A DNA stretch of 64,000 nucleotides. It comes from Acidobacteriaceae bacterium. Lineage in GTDB: Bacteria > Acidobacteriota > Terriglobia > Terriglobales > Acidobacteriaceae. The notes beneath the pieces are model-generated. The model searched no databases, was not told where the DNA came from, and saw nothing but the letters and a program-made list of their open reading frames with translations. Of the stretch, positions 8,346 through 17,237 are shown one piece after another. Where the stretch lies: positions 16,396 to 80,395 of the forward strand of contig PLUW01000120.1 in assembly GCA_003162935.1 (NCBI GenBank), written 5' to 3'. A program made the position numbers and the translations under genes. How positions within the stretch are numbered: the stretch's first letter is position 1; each line of letters starts with the position of its first letter.

Positions 8346-10388
8346 CTACACAGTTAGCAACTTAATTCCCACTTGATTGTTTATCAGTGGACCATGTGTG
8401 CTCATGAGAAGCGCCTGAGCGGCGGCGTGGTCTCCGGGTCGGGCAAAGAAGTAACCCTGTGCGAGATCGCACCCCATCTGCTTGAGCAGGCTGACCTGCT
8501 CCGCAGTTTCAGCACCCTCGGCTACTACCCTTAGACCAAAGTTGTGAGCCATCATGATGATGATGCGCACGATCTCACCGTCCGTGTCCATCTTAGAAAT
8601 GAAGCTACGATCAATCTTCAAGGTGTCCACGGGGAAGCCTTGCAATCGGCTCAGTGACGAGTAACCAGTTCCGAAATCATCAATGCTTAAGTGAACTCCC
8701 AATGTCTTCAGTTCCCAGAGAACGAGGTTCGATCTTTGTGGGTCTGCCATCGCGACATTTTCCGTGATCTCTACGTCGATGCTGCGCGGGTCGATTCCCA
8801 CTTCACCCAGAATAGCCCCGATCTGGACTGCCAAGTCCGGCTGGGCAAACTCCTTGGGGGTGACGTTCACGCTCATCGTTAGCGGCGGATCGCAAGGAAA
8901 CTGAGAGTGCCATGCCCGGAGCCGAAGGCACGCTTCGCGAAGCAACAGGCGGTTCATTGGCAGGATGATTCCAGTCTCGTCAGCAATCTGGATGAAATGA
9001 GCAGGTGACAGGAGACCTTCCGGCCGTTCCCATCGACTGAGCGCTTCGAACCCGGTTATTTTCCCGCTCTGCAGCGACACAATGGGTTGATAGTGAACTC
9101 GGAATTCTCCCAACTCCAGCGCTCGACGCAGGTCGGTTTCGAGGCGCAATCTCTTGACGGCAGAGGTGTGCATCGCGTTATCGAAGACCTGACAGCGTGC
9201 TTTTCCTTCCCGCTTGGCTCTGTACATCGCGATCTCGGCATCGCGTACGAGTTCTTCGGATTTAGCATATGAGGTCGCGCAAAAAGCGATCCCGATACTT
9301 GCGGTCGTCACCAACTCTTGTCCTTCCACCACGAAAGGAATGCTCAAACGTTCCTGGATGCGCTCCGCCACCCGAATGGCATCGCCGCAATCCCGGATGT
9401 CCTCCAACAGGACGGTGAATTCATCGCCACCCAGTCTTGCCAAACTCTCTTCGCTCACAAGAGCGCTTCCACCTTGCAGCGAGCCCGACCGCGAAATCGT
9501 ATCCACCCCTCGGATGGAAACTGTCAATCGGCGGGCAATCTGTATTAAAAGGGCGTCTCCTGCCGCGTGTCCCAAGCTGTCGTTGAAGACCTTGAACTCA
9601 TCGATATCAATGAACAATACAGCAAACTTGAAACTCTGGTGCCTCTGGGAAAGCGCAAGTACGTGTCGCACGCGCTCTAGAAAGAAAGTACGATTTGGCA
9701 GGTTCGTGAGGGCATCGTGCAAAGCGTTATGCGCCAGCGTCTCTTCCGCCCACTTGCGGTCGGTGATGTCACGATTCACGATGACAAGTTTCTCAATCTG
9801 GCCCTCTTCATTTGGAATCGCAGTGGCGACCGACTCCAGAATGCGCCATGTTCCATCCTTATGGCGCATGCGATATTCAAGCAGATCTCCCCGCCCCGTG
9901 AGTCGCGCTTTCTCCGCCGCTTCGAGTACCCGACTCCGGTCCTCAGGGTGGATTTGCTCCGCTGGTGAAATCGCCAGCAAATCCTCCGACGAGTACCCGA
10001 GAACCTTCTGATACGCAGGGCTGTTGTAGAGCCGATTCCCCGCGCAATCAACGACAGCGATCATGTCGGCCGCGTTCTCAGTAATCACTTCAAACAGTTG
10101 ATTGCGTTGAGTCAATTCGCGACGAATTCGCTGTAGTTGAAGTTGCTGGTAAACCGTGTAGATGTCGAAGAGGAGCACAAGGCACGCCAACCCGCGTGCC
10201 CACTCCTTGAGATCCAGCCACTCGGAAGTCCTTATGAGATGAGGGCCGGAAAAAGTCAGAGACACAATTCCCGTCGTCAACACGAGTGTGACGGTGACAG
10301 CAAATCCCCAAAGCCACCACTCGCGCGCTTCGACTTGCCGCATCGGTTTCGCGGGGTTTTGCTTATCTCTTTCGCTACTAAAAGACAA
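8346..10388 (-). CDS. membrane-anchored PAS-GGDEF-EAL protein (diguanylate cyclase/phosphodiesterase)
   Basis: Two N-terminal hydrophobic helices; a PAS block (FEVITENAADMIAVVD...DITDRK); GGDEF (RLGGDEFTVLL); EAL signatures (FEALSRWE, DDFGTGYSSL, KIDRSF, EGAET). Confidence 0.9.
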   Translation of the reverse strand: MSFSSERDKQNPAKPMRQVEAREWWLWGFAVTVTLVLTTGIVSLTFSGPHLIRTSEWLDLKEWARGLACLVLLFDIYTVYQQLQLQRIRRELTQRNQLFEVITENAADMIAVVDCAGNRLYNSPAYQKVLGYSSEDLLAISPAEQIHPEDRSRVLEAAEKARLTGRGDLLEYRMRHKDGTWRILESVATAIPNEEGQIEKLVIVNRDITDRKWAEETLAHNALHDALTNLPNRTFFLERVRHVLALSQRHQSFKFAVLFIDIDEFKVFNDSLGHAAGDALLIQIARRLTVSIRGVDTISRSGSLQGGSALVSEESLARLGGDEFTVLLEDIRDCGDAIRVAERIQERLSIPFVVEGQELVTTASIGIAFCATSYAKSEELVRDAEIAMYRAKREGKARCQVFDNAMHTSAVKRLRLETDLRRALELGEFRVHYQPIVSLQSGKITGFEALSRWERPEGLLSPAHFIQIADETGIILPMNRLLLREACLRLRAWHSQFPCDPPLTMSVNVTPKEFAQPDLAVQIGAILGEVGIDPRSIDVEITENVAMADPQRSNLVLWELKTLGVHLSIDDFGTGYSSLSRLQGFPVDTLKIDRSFISKMDTDGEIVRIIIMMAHNFGLRVVAEGAETAEQVSLLKQMGCDLAQGYFFARPGDHAAAQALLMSTHGPLINNQVGIKLLTV

Positions 10389-10792
10389 TTTGATACCTAT
10401 GCGAATCTAAGAGCTTCTTTAGTGTGAGAACAATGAACGGAAAGCGATAGTTACGAAAGACGATGAATCTGGATAAGTTCCACGGATTTAGAACAATCTG
10501 GGATGTCGTGAGCCAAGCGATCCCGCACTGATACTGTTCACTTTTGGACAGACAGGGAGGCATGTTCTCCTTATCCTGAAAGAGCTATCACTGCACAGCG
10601 TTGCCTCGCCTGGCAGCGTCGCATCAGACTTGCGAGCTAGGTAAAGAGCACTCGTAAGTGGGCACTTTAGTTGGGGGGGCACAATTCGCTACCGATCCTC
10701 TCGATACAGACTCCTGTTGGGGCACTAGAAATTCGGCGATAACTGTCGCGGCCCTCCCCCATTCAAACCGCTGTGGGTAAGTACTGCGCCTT

Positions 10793-13534
10793 GTGCACCA
10801 CAACGAGCGGGGGAAGCAGCCTTCTATGACAGGCCCTTTGGAAGACGGTCTTACGTTGGAGCGTAAACGCGCGGAAGACGCGCTTCGCGATTCCGAGGCC
10901 CAATATCGTCGGTTGTTTGAAACAGCCCAGGACGGAATCTTGATTCTCGATGCGCACTCGGGATCGATCATCGACGTGAACCCCTTCCTGATTCGATTGC
11001 TGGACTATCCTCGAGAGGAGTTCATTGGCAGAGCTCTTTGGGACCTTGGGGCGTTCAAACAAGTTCAAGAATCGAAGGCGGCGTTTCGAGAACTGCAGGA
11101 CAAGAAATTTATCCGCTATGAGAATTTCCCGCTTGAGACCCGGAGTGGGCGGCGCGTCAATGTCGAGTTCGTCAGCAACGTTTATGGAGTGAATGGCAAG
11201 AGCGTAATTCAATGCAACATTCGTGACATTACCGCGCGCAAGAAGATTGAGGAAGCATTGAAGGACAGCGAGCGGAGCATGGCCGGGTTAATCGCCTCGG
11301 CGATGGACTCGATCATCACGGTGGATGAGCAGCAGCGAATCGTGCTATTCAATGCCGCAGCCGAGAAGATGTTCCGCTGTTCGCAGGCAGATGCCCTGGG
11401 GCAACCGCTCGAACGCTTCATTCCAGATTGCTTCCGGGCCGCTCACTCCGGCCACGACCGGCAATTGGGAAAATCCGGTTCCGCCAACCGCGACATGGGC
11501 GATCTGATTTCGCTCTGGGCTTTGCGTGCCGACGGCGAGAAGTTTGAGATAGAAGCCACGATCTCGCAGGTCGAATCCCACGGCAAGCAGCTATTTACCG
11601 GCGTACTGCGGGATGTCACCGCGCGCAAACAGGCCGAGGCAACACTACGGGAATACGTGAGAATCGTGGAGGGATTGGAGGAGATGATCCTGGTGGTGGA
11701 TCGGCAATACCGCTATGTGATCGTCAACCGAGCGTACTTGAATTTTCGCGGCGTGACCGCCGAACAGGTGCTCGGGCTTACAACGGAAGAGGTGGTGGGT
11801 CGCGAGGCTTTTGAGGGGATCGTCAAGGAACAGATGGACAAGTGCTTCTCCGGCGAAGTCGTGCACTATGAAATGACGTACAACTTCGCGACCGTGGGCG
11901 AGAAGAATATGTCCATTTCTTACTTCCCCATCCATGGTCCTGCGGGCGTCGACCGCATCGCCTGCGTGTTGCAGGACATCACGGAACGCAAGCGAGCGGA
12001 GGTGGCTTTACTTCGATCGGAAGAAAGATTCAGCAAGGCGTTTTGCAACAACCCGCTGGCGATCACGATCTCGACCCGAGCCGAAGGGCGCTATCTGGAT
12101 GCGAATGAAGCTTTGCTCCAGTTGCTGGGTTACGAGCGGCGAGAGGTGATTGGTCACACTTCCGCGGAACTGCACTTCTGGGCCGAACCTCAGGATCGCG
12201 AGGAAATACTGCAGAAACTCGACCAGGAGAAAAACGTGGTGCGGCGCCATACGCGATACCGGACCGCGAAAGGAGAAATTCGAGAAGCAGAAACTTGGAT
12301 GGAATCGATCGAACTGGGCGGACAAGCCTGCCTGCTGGGAATCACTCGGGATGTCACAGAGGTGCAGCAACTGGAAGCCCAGTTTCGGCAAGCCCAGAAG
12401 ATGGAAGCCGTTGGGCGTTTGGCTGGGGGCGTGGCGCACGATTTCAATAATATATTGGGTATTATTCTGGGCTACAGCGACATTTCGCTGGGGTTGGTGG
12501 CCCGGGACAGTGCGATAAGCCGGCACTTGTCAGAAATCAAGAAAGCCACAAAACGCGGAGCGGAGCTTACTCAGCAACTCCTGGCATTCAGCCGAAAACA
12601 GGTTGTGTTCCCTAAAATACTGGACCTGAACGACGTTGTGAACAAGACCACAACGATGTTCCTGCGACTGGTCGGCGAGGACATCGAAATTGAGTTCCGG
12701 CCGACCGTTCCGCTGGGCAGCGTCAAAGCCGACCCTGGTCAGATTGAACAAGTGCTGATGAATCTGGTAGTCAATGCGCGAGACGCGATGCCCACCGGAG
12801 GCAAAATCATCATCGCGACCACAGAGGCGGAACTGGACGAGGAATACGTTTCCCGGCACTCCGGTTGCAAAGCCGGACAGTATTCTGTCCTGGTGGTAAG
12901 CGATACAGGTTGCGGCATGGATGAATATACCAAGTCGAAAATCTTCGATCCCTTCTTTACCACCAAGCCGACCGGGCAAGGAACCGGCCTCGGACTCTCC
13001 ACTGTGTATGGAATCGTGAAACAGAATGACGGCTATATTGTTGTGTACAGTGAAGTGGGCAAGGGCACCACGCTCAAGATGTATTTTCCGAGAGTAGAGG
13101 CGCCGGCGGAAGAACTCAGGCTGCCTAGTGAAGAAGCTGAGGCTCCTCGAGGATCAGAAACGATCATGGTGGTTGAAGACGATGAGGCTCTTCGCGAAGT
13201 GACGGTCCGGCTCTTGCAAGACGGCGGTTACCGAGTGATCCAGGCAAAAGACGCGGAGCAGGCGCTCGCCATGATGGCGTCTTCTCGACCAGAAGTCGAT
13301 TTGCTCCTGACGGATGTCATTATGCCTGGAGCAAGCGGCGCTGAATTGGCGCAACAGGTCAAGGAGGGCCATCCCAAGCTTCGTTCGCTGTTCATGTCGG
13401 GATACACGAACGATCTAGTTTCGAGACACGGAATGTCGATCCACGAGGCTTCCCTCCTGGAGAAGCCCTTTACCAAGAAAGCTTTGCTCAAGAAGGTTTA
13501 CGCGGCGCTGCACGGCGAGGCCGGAAGAGCCTAA
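10793..13534 (+). CDS. hybrid sensor histidine kinase (4x PAS, HisKA, HATPase, receiver)
   Basis: Four PAS/PAC units, ending in RDITARK, RDVTARK, QDITERK and TRDVTEVQ. H-box VAHDFNNIL. ATPase boxes NLVVNARDA, DTGCGM, GTGLGLS. C-terminal receiver VVEDDEALR...DLLLTDVIMPG...EKPF. GTG start at 10793, or alternatively ATG 10826. Confidence 0.9.
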   Translation: MHHNERGKQPSMTGPLEDGLTLERKRAEDALRDSEAQYRRLFETAQDGILILDAHSGSIIDVNPFLIRLLDYPREEFIGRALWDLGAFKQVQESKAAFRELQDKKFIRYENFPLETRSGRRVNVEFVSNVYGVNGKSVIQCNIRDITARKKIEEALKDSERSMAGLIASAMDSIITVDEQQRIVLFNAAAEKMFRCSQADALGQPLERFIPDCFRAAHSGHDRQLGKSGSANRDMGDLISLWALRADGEKFEIEATISQVESHGKQLFTGVLRDVTARKQAEATLREYVRIVEGLEEMILVVDRQYRYVIVNRAYLNFRGVTAEQVLGLTTEEVVGREAFEGIVKEQMDKCFSGEVVHYEMTYNFATVGEKNMSISYFPIHGPAGVDRIACVLQDITERKRAEVALLRSEERFSKAFCNNPLAITISTRAEGRYLDANEALLQLLGYERREVIGHTSAELHFWAEPQDREEILQKLDQEKNVVRRHTRYRTAKGEIREAETWMESIELGGQACLLGITRDVTEVQQLEAQFRQAQKMEAVGRLAGGVAHDFNNILGIILGYSDISLGLVARDSAISRHLSEIKKATKRGAELTQQLLAFSRKQVVFPKILDLNDVVNKTTTMFLRLVGEDIEIEFRPTVPLGSVKADPGQIEQVLMNLVVNARDAMPTGGKIIIATTEAELDEEYVSRHSGCKAGQYSVLVVSDTGCGMDEYTKSKIFDPFFTTKPTGQGTGLGLSTVYGIVKQNDGYIVVYSEVGKGTTLKMYFPRVEAPAEELRLPSEEAEAPRGSETIMVVEDDEALREVTVRLLQDGGYRVIQAKDAEQALAMMASSRPEVDLLLTDVIMPGASGAELAQQVKEGHPKLRSLFMSGYTNDLVSRHGMSIHEASLLEKPFTKKALLKKVYAALHGEAGRA

Positions 13535-13727
13535 GGAATGGCGACGAGAGATTGTGGGCGAGAAATGAGCACGATCCATGGCCAAGGGATCACGGGCGTA
13601 AACGGGAGTCATTGGGAGTTCCTGGACTCGTTGGCGGTTTGGGACGTGACCCCGGTAGGCGTTCCCCGGATGACAGCGTGCCCGAGATAAGGATGTCTCG
13701 GGGATCAGACCAGCCCGGGCTCCTCAG

Positions 13728-14090
13728 CTACATCTGTTCCAATTTTGTTAGGTACTCCTCCGATGATGCAATTGCAGTGCGTAATGTCCGCAAATCGGTG
13801 TCGTCCATGGCGATGAACCGGAACGGCTGCAAACCTATCCGTACGGCTGAACATGGACCGAGTAGCTCGGCGATGCCGAGTACTGGTCCTGCATGGGTCC
13901 AGAACATCACTTCTACTACCGCTCCTGGACTGAGCGGCTTGAGAACCTGCAACAAACCTCCCGTTATAGAAACGGTCTGAAGTCTGGCTGAAGGGTGTTG
14001 CCCGTCCTCAAATCGGATCGTTGCTTGAGGCATGCCCGGAATTCGGGCACGGATGGCACGCTGTTTGGCTTGCGGCTGAGGGGAGGTCAT
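13728..14090 (-). CDS. PilZ-like small protein with degenerate motifs
   Basis: KQRAIRARIP ... LQTVSITGGLL resembles the RxxxR / DxSxxG layout, but neither motif is canonical. Confidence 0.4.
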   Translation of the reverse strand: MTSPQPQAKQRAIRARIPGMPQATIRFEDGQHPSARLQTVSITGGLLQVLKPLSPGAVVEVMFWTHAGPVLGIAELLGPCSAVRIGLQPFRFIAMDDTDLRTLRTAIASSEEYLTKLEQM

Positions 14091-14209
14091 GCGCCGAAGT
14101 ATCCTCCCGACGGTAGGACCTGCACCAGATTACGTAGGAACCTGTACGTATTTAAAAGCTCAGCGGAGCAGACGCTCACTCTGAATGCCCTTTAGGAACT
14201 TGCACCGGC

Positions 14210-14449
14210 TTAGCCCGCGCATGCATACATCAGCGTGGTTAAGTATTTCTTGTACCCACGAATGGTGAGTCGAACCACGCCTCGGACCTGTTCCTCCACG
14301 AACCCTCCATTCCTTAACTCCGCGACTGCCACACGAGCGGAAGAGGAATCAAGGGTCTGCCTAGACAAGGTCACGAATTGACGTGGGTCCGCTTCATAAG
14401 AGAGGGCGAGTGTGACAAGCAGCCCGTCCTGGATGTTTTGGCAACTCAT
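14210..14449 (-). CDS. hypothetical small protein, possibly winged-helix-like
   Basis: 79-aa ORF. AELRNGGFVEEQVRGVVRLTIRGYKKY resembles a wHTH wing. Weak. Confidence 0.3.
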   Translation of the reverse strand: MSCQNIQDGLLVTLALSYEADPRQFVTLSRQTLDSSSARVAVAELRNGGFVEEQVRGVVRLTIRGYKKYLTTLMYACAG

Positions 14450-14600
14450 GAAGCAATGTTATGTGCGTGAGCAGGACCCCGCACTGGCCCTTCGGTGCCA
14501 GTCTTTGGTTACCAGTGTTCATCCTGCATCTGTCCTCTCGCCATGCTCGACATGACCAGGGGCAGCGCCAGCTAACGACGCGTTCGATTTTTCAACGCTC

Positions 14601-15053
14601 CTACCGCGGATACGTTCCCGTAATGTAGCCTTCCAACTCCTGAATGGTCTGCGCCTGGCCGGAGATAGTCCAGCGCACCAGGTCGCCGATGGAAATCACC
14701 CCCACCACGTTGTCATCCTGCACGACGGGGAGGTGGCGGAAATGATGATTCGTCATAATCGTCATGCACTCGTCGACGGTGTGCTCCGGGCTCACGAACA
14801 CCACCGGACTGGTCATGATCTGACGGACCGCTATCTCCTTGGAAGAATGGCCCTTCAGGATCACCTTGCGGGCGTAATCGCGCTCGGAAAGAATGCCGAC
14901 CAGCCTCTGGCCGGAAAGGACCAGCAGGGCGCCGATTCCGTGCTTGGCCATCTTCTCGATCGCTTCATAGACCGACTGTTCCGGCTCGACCGAGAGCACC
15001 TTGTTTTCGGCTTTGCTCTTGAGCAGTGATTCAATTCGTTCGGAGAGTTTCAT
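14601..15053 (-). CDS. CBS domain pair protein
   Basis: Two CBS repeats: [19 protein letters not shown]...LVGILSERD and [34 protein letters not shown]. Confidence 0.85.
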   Translation of the reverse strand: MKLSERIESLLKSKAENKVLSVEPEQSVYEAIEKMAKHGIGALLVLSGQRLVGILSERDYARKVILKGHSSKEIAVRQIMTSPVVFVSPEHTVDECMTIMTNHHFRHLPVVQDDNVVGVISIGDLVRWTISGQAQTIQELEGYITGTYPR

Positions 15054-15160
15054 CCGGCCTCCTCAAATGTTGCGTGCGGTCATGGACCCCATGACGACGA
15101 ATCCTACACGTTCCCGACCAGCCAAGCCAGACTTTTTGCAAACTACTAAAACTGATTCGA

Positions 15161-15445
15161 TCAAATGTCGATGAGTTTGTCGGGGTGGCGGCTGACATAC
15201 CAGCAGGGGTAATAGCCATTCTGCGGGAACAGCGAGTGGACGCAGGTGTCGGTTTCCTGCGGTCCGGGTTCGTATTGGATCTTGCCGCCCTTCACGTGGA
15301 TGACGTAAAGGACGTTCCTCGGAACCTGACCGAACTGGGCGCGGCCTCCGGGAATCTGGTAGCGGAGGGAACAGTAGTCGGCCGCGTAGGTCGCAACCAG
15401 CAAAGTGATGAGTGCGATGGCAGCGATTTGGCTTGCGCGTTTCAT
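15161..15445 (-). CDS. hypothetical membrane-anchored Cys-containing protein
   Basis: ORF trimmed to MKRASQIAAIALITLLVATYAA (signal/anchor). It has four Cys and no recognised family. Confidence 0.4.
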   Translation of the reverse strand: MKRASQIAAIALITLLVATYAADYCSLRYQIPGGRAQFGQVPRNVLYVIHVKGGKIQYEPGPQETDTCVHSLFPQNGYYPCWYVSRHPDKLIDI

Positions 15446-15639
15446 GGCTGCGGCTAAGAGCTCACCTCCGGGCGACATTCACTCTAACGGGTCGAAGCAG
15501 GGGCCGTCCAGAGAATGCTTCTAACGTCGCCTGACTTCCGTCCCGCGCGTGATCTCGGCTGTCGGTATCGCAATCGGCAACAGCTAGGCCATCGTTGCAG
15601 TATGTATGTCCCCGTTTGAGATGCTAGCCTGAGACCGCG

Positions 15640-16536
15640 ATGCATTTACGCCTCTCTATCGGTGCACAGATTACCTGCGTGCTCTTTACGCTGGCCGCGC
15701 AATCCGCGGCGGCAACGGGTGCGCATTGGGCTGTTGTCAGCGAGCCGGCGCGGCTGGTCAACGGATCGCCGGTGCTGTTCCGGGTTACGACGCCGAAGAC
15801 GGTGCAAACCCTTTCGGGGAAATGGCTCGACCACGAGATCGCATTTAGCTTCGACGCCAGCAGCAAAACATGGTTCGCGCTCGCTGGGGCGAGCCAGGAA
15901 ACCAAGGCGGGAGAATATCCTCTTGAGCTTCACGCCGGGACGGTTTCCGGGCAAGCGAGCGGAGAAACGATCTCATTCGAGAAGACGATTCGAGTGGAGC
16001 ACCAGCGCTATCCGCGCGTGCTGCTGAAGGTTCCGACGCGCTATACCGCGCCCAGCGCCGAGGACCAGCGCGAGATTGCGCAGGACAAGGAAATAAAAGC
16101 CGAGGCCTTCAAGACTGTCACTGCCGAGCGCGAATGGCAAGGGTCGTTTGCGGCTCCGGTGAATGCCGAGATCTCGGACGTGTTTGGAGTCGAGCGCGTG
16201 TTTAACGGCTCGGTACAGAGTACACATCAGGGACTCGATTTCCGCGTGGGGCCCGGAACCTCGGTTGCAGCCGTCAATCGCGGCAAAGTCATTTTGGCGC
16301 AGCCTTTGTTCTTCGAAGGCAATTGCGTGGTCATCGACCACGGCCAGGGCCTGCTGACGTTGTATCTGCATCTGTCGAAGTTCCTGGTCAAGGAAGGCGA
16401 CACCGTGGAAAAAGGCCAGCCCATAGGCCTCAGCGGAGGCACCGGCCGCGCCACCGGCCCGCATCTGCATCTGGCCGTACGCTGGCAGGGGGTTTACCTG
16501 AACCCGCAGACTTTGCTGAAACTGGAGCTGCCGTAA
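15640..16536 (+). CDS. M23 family metallopeptidase
   Basis: Signal peptide, then HQGLDFRVGPGTSV...IDHGQGLLTLYLHLS...GLSGGTGRATGPHLHLAV (HxxxD and HxH zinc motifs of peptidase M23). Confidence 0.9.
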   Translation: MHLRLSIGAQITCVLFTLAAQSAAATGAHWAVVSEPARLVNGSPVLFRVTTPKTVQTLSGKWLDHEIAFSFDASSKTWFALAGASQETKAGEYPLELHAGTVSGQASGETISFEKTIRVEHQRYPRVLLKVPTRYTAPSAEDQREIAQDKEIKAEAFKTVTAEREWQGSFAAPVNAEISDVFGVERVFNGSVQSTHQGLDFRVGPGTSVAAVNRGKVILAQPLFFEGNCVVIDHGQGLLTLYLHLSKFLVKEGDTVEKGQPIGLSGGTGRATGPHLHLAVRWQGVYLNPQTLLKLELP

Positions 16537-16597
16537 GGCTTCGCTGTTCGTCTTTCGCTATTCGCTTCTCGCAATTCTGCCAGGAGTGCACCGGTCT

Positions 16598-16900
16598 CCA
16601 CCCCCCCTCTACCCGGTCTATTGGAATCATTGGGTTAGGGGGAAATTCCTTGCAAAATCTTGAACCGAAATGGCTTAGAGGCAAAATCTTGATTGCATGG
16701 GACTTAGGCTCTTGCCGCTCGGCTCTTTCGCTGGCTGCCGGGGCCCCCCCTCCCTGACGGTCTATTGGAATCAAGACTTTAGCGAAGGTCTCCCGCCAAA
16801 GTCTTGAGCGGAATGGGGTTATCGGTAAAGTCTTGAGCGCGTGGGAGTTAGGGGTGGTTTTCCCGGTTTCTTTCGGGCTTGGATCTCAAAATCTTGATAA
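16598..16900 (+). repeat. composite intergenic repeat: two copies of C-tract plus cggtctattggaatca, each followed by a pair of 29-bp-spaced AAARTCTTGA...ATGGG..TTAGG units, plus one more unit and one inverted copy
   Basis: AAARTCTTGA starts at 16654, 16683, 16798, 16827 and 16888, so the within-pair spacing is exactly 29 bp. An inverted copy tcaagacttt is at 16771-16780. cggtctattggaatca occurs at 16615 and 16758, each preceded by a C-run. Confidence 0.85.
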
Positions 16901-17075
16901 TAATGACGTTATTCCGAGTAGGAAAGTAGGCCTTACTTACACCGTCCACGCAGCCTTAGTTTCAATTGTCAAAGAACTGGACTTACTAACTCCATTGTAA
17001 CTCGGGGTGTCAAGAGGAAGAGTTCGCATTGCGCTGCCTCTATGAAAACTCTGATTCAGTGTCGGCAGAGAGCAT

Positions 17076-17131
17076 AAACCACAGGGTACACAGGGGTGCA
17101 CGGGGGAAACCGGGACTTAACAGAGTTCCCC
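17076..17131 (+). repeat. dispersed (CACRGRGGT)x3 element, copy 1 of 4
   Basis: aaaccacagggtacacaggggtgcacgggggaaaccggg... aligns with the copies at 23495, 27674 and 29245. All four are in the same orientation and all are intergenic. Confidence 0.8.
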
Positions 17132-17165
17132 TAAGGATTTAGGCGGGCGGGACATCGTGGTGAAT

Positions 17166-17198
17166 CCCCACCCTTCGCAAAGGCGCGAAAGGGTGGGG
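17166..17198 (-). terminator. GC-rich hairpin just downstream of the lhr stop (terminator-like)
   Basis: ccccacccttcgc-aaaggc-gcgaaagggtgggg forms a 13/14-bp stem with one bulge, 40 nt past the lhr stop codon. There is no clear U-tract. Confidence 0.45.
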
Positions 17199-17237
17199 CA
17201 TCCTGGTTGAAAGACTTGGCCAGCCGACACTTCAGGA

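Noticed and set aside
5035-14600. Integrated mobile element at tRNA-Ala
   Set aside because: I could not find an integrase, excisionase, transposase, phage genes or a direct repeat of the tRNA 3' end. Only the compositional shift remains, and that is reported as a low-key finding.
16653-16900. Possible CRISPR array (29-bp periodic repeats)
   Set aside because: The repeat units are directly adjacent without spacers. There are only 2+2+1 copies, they are degenerate, and no cas genes are in the window.
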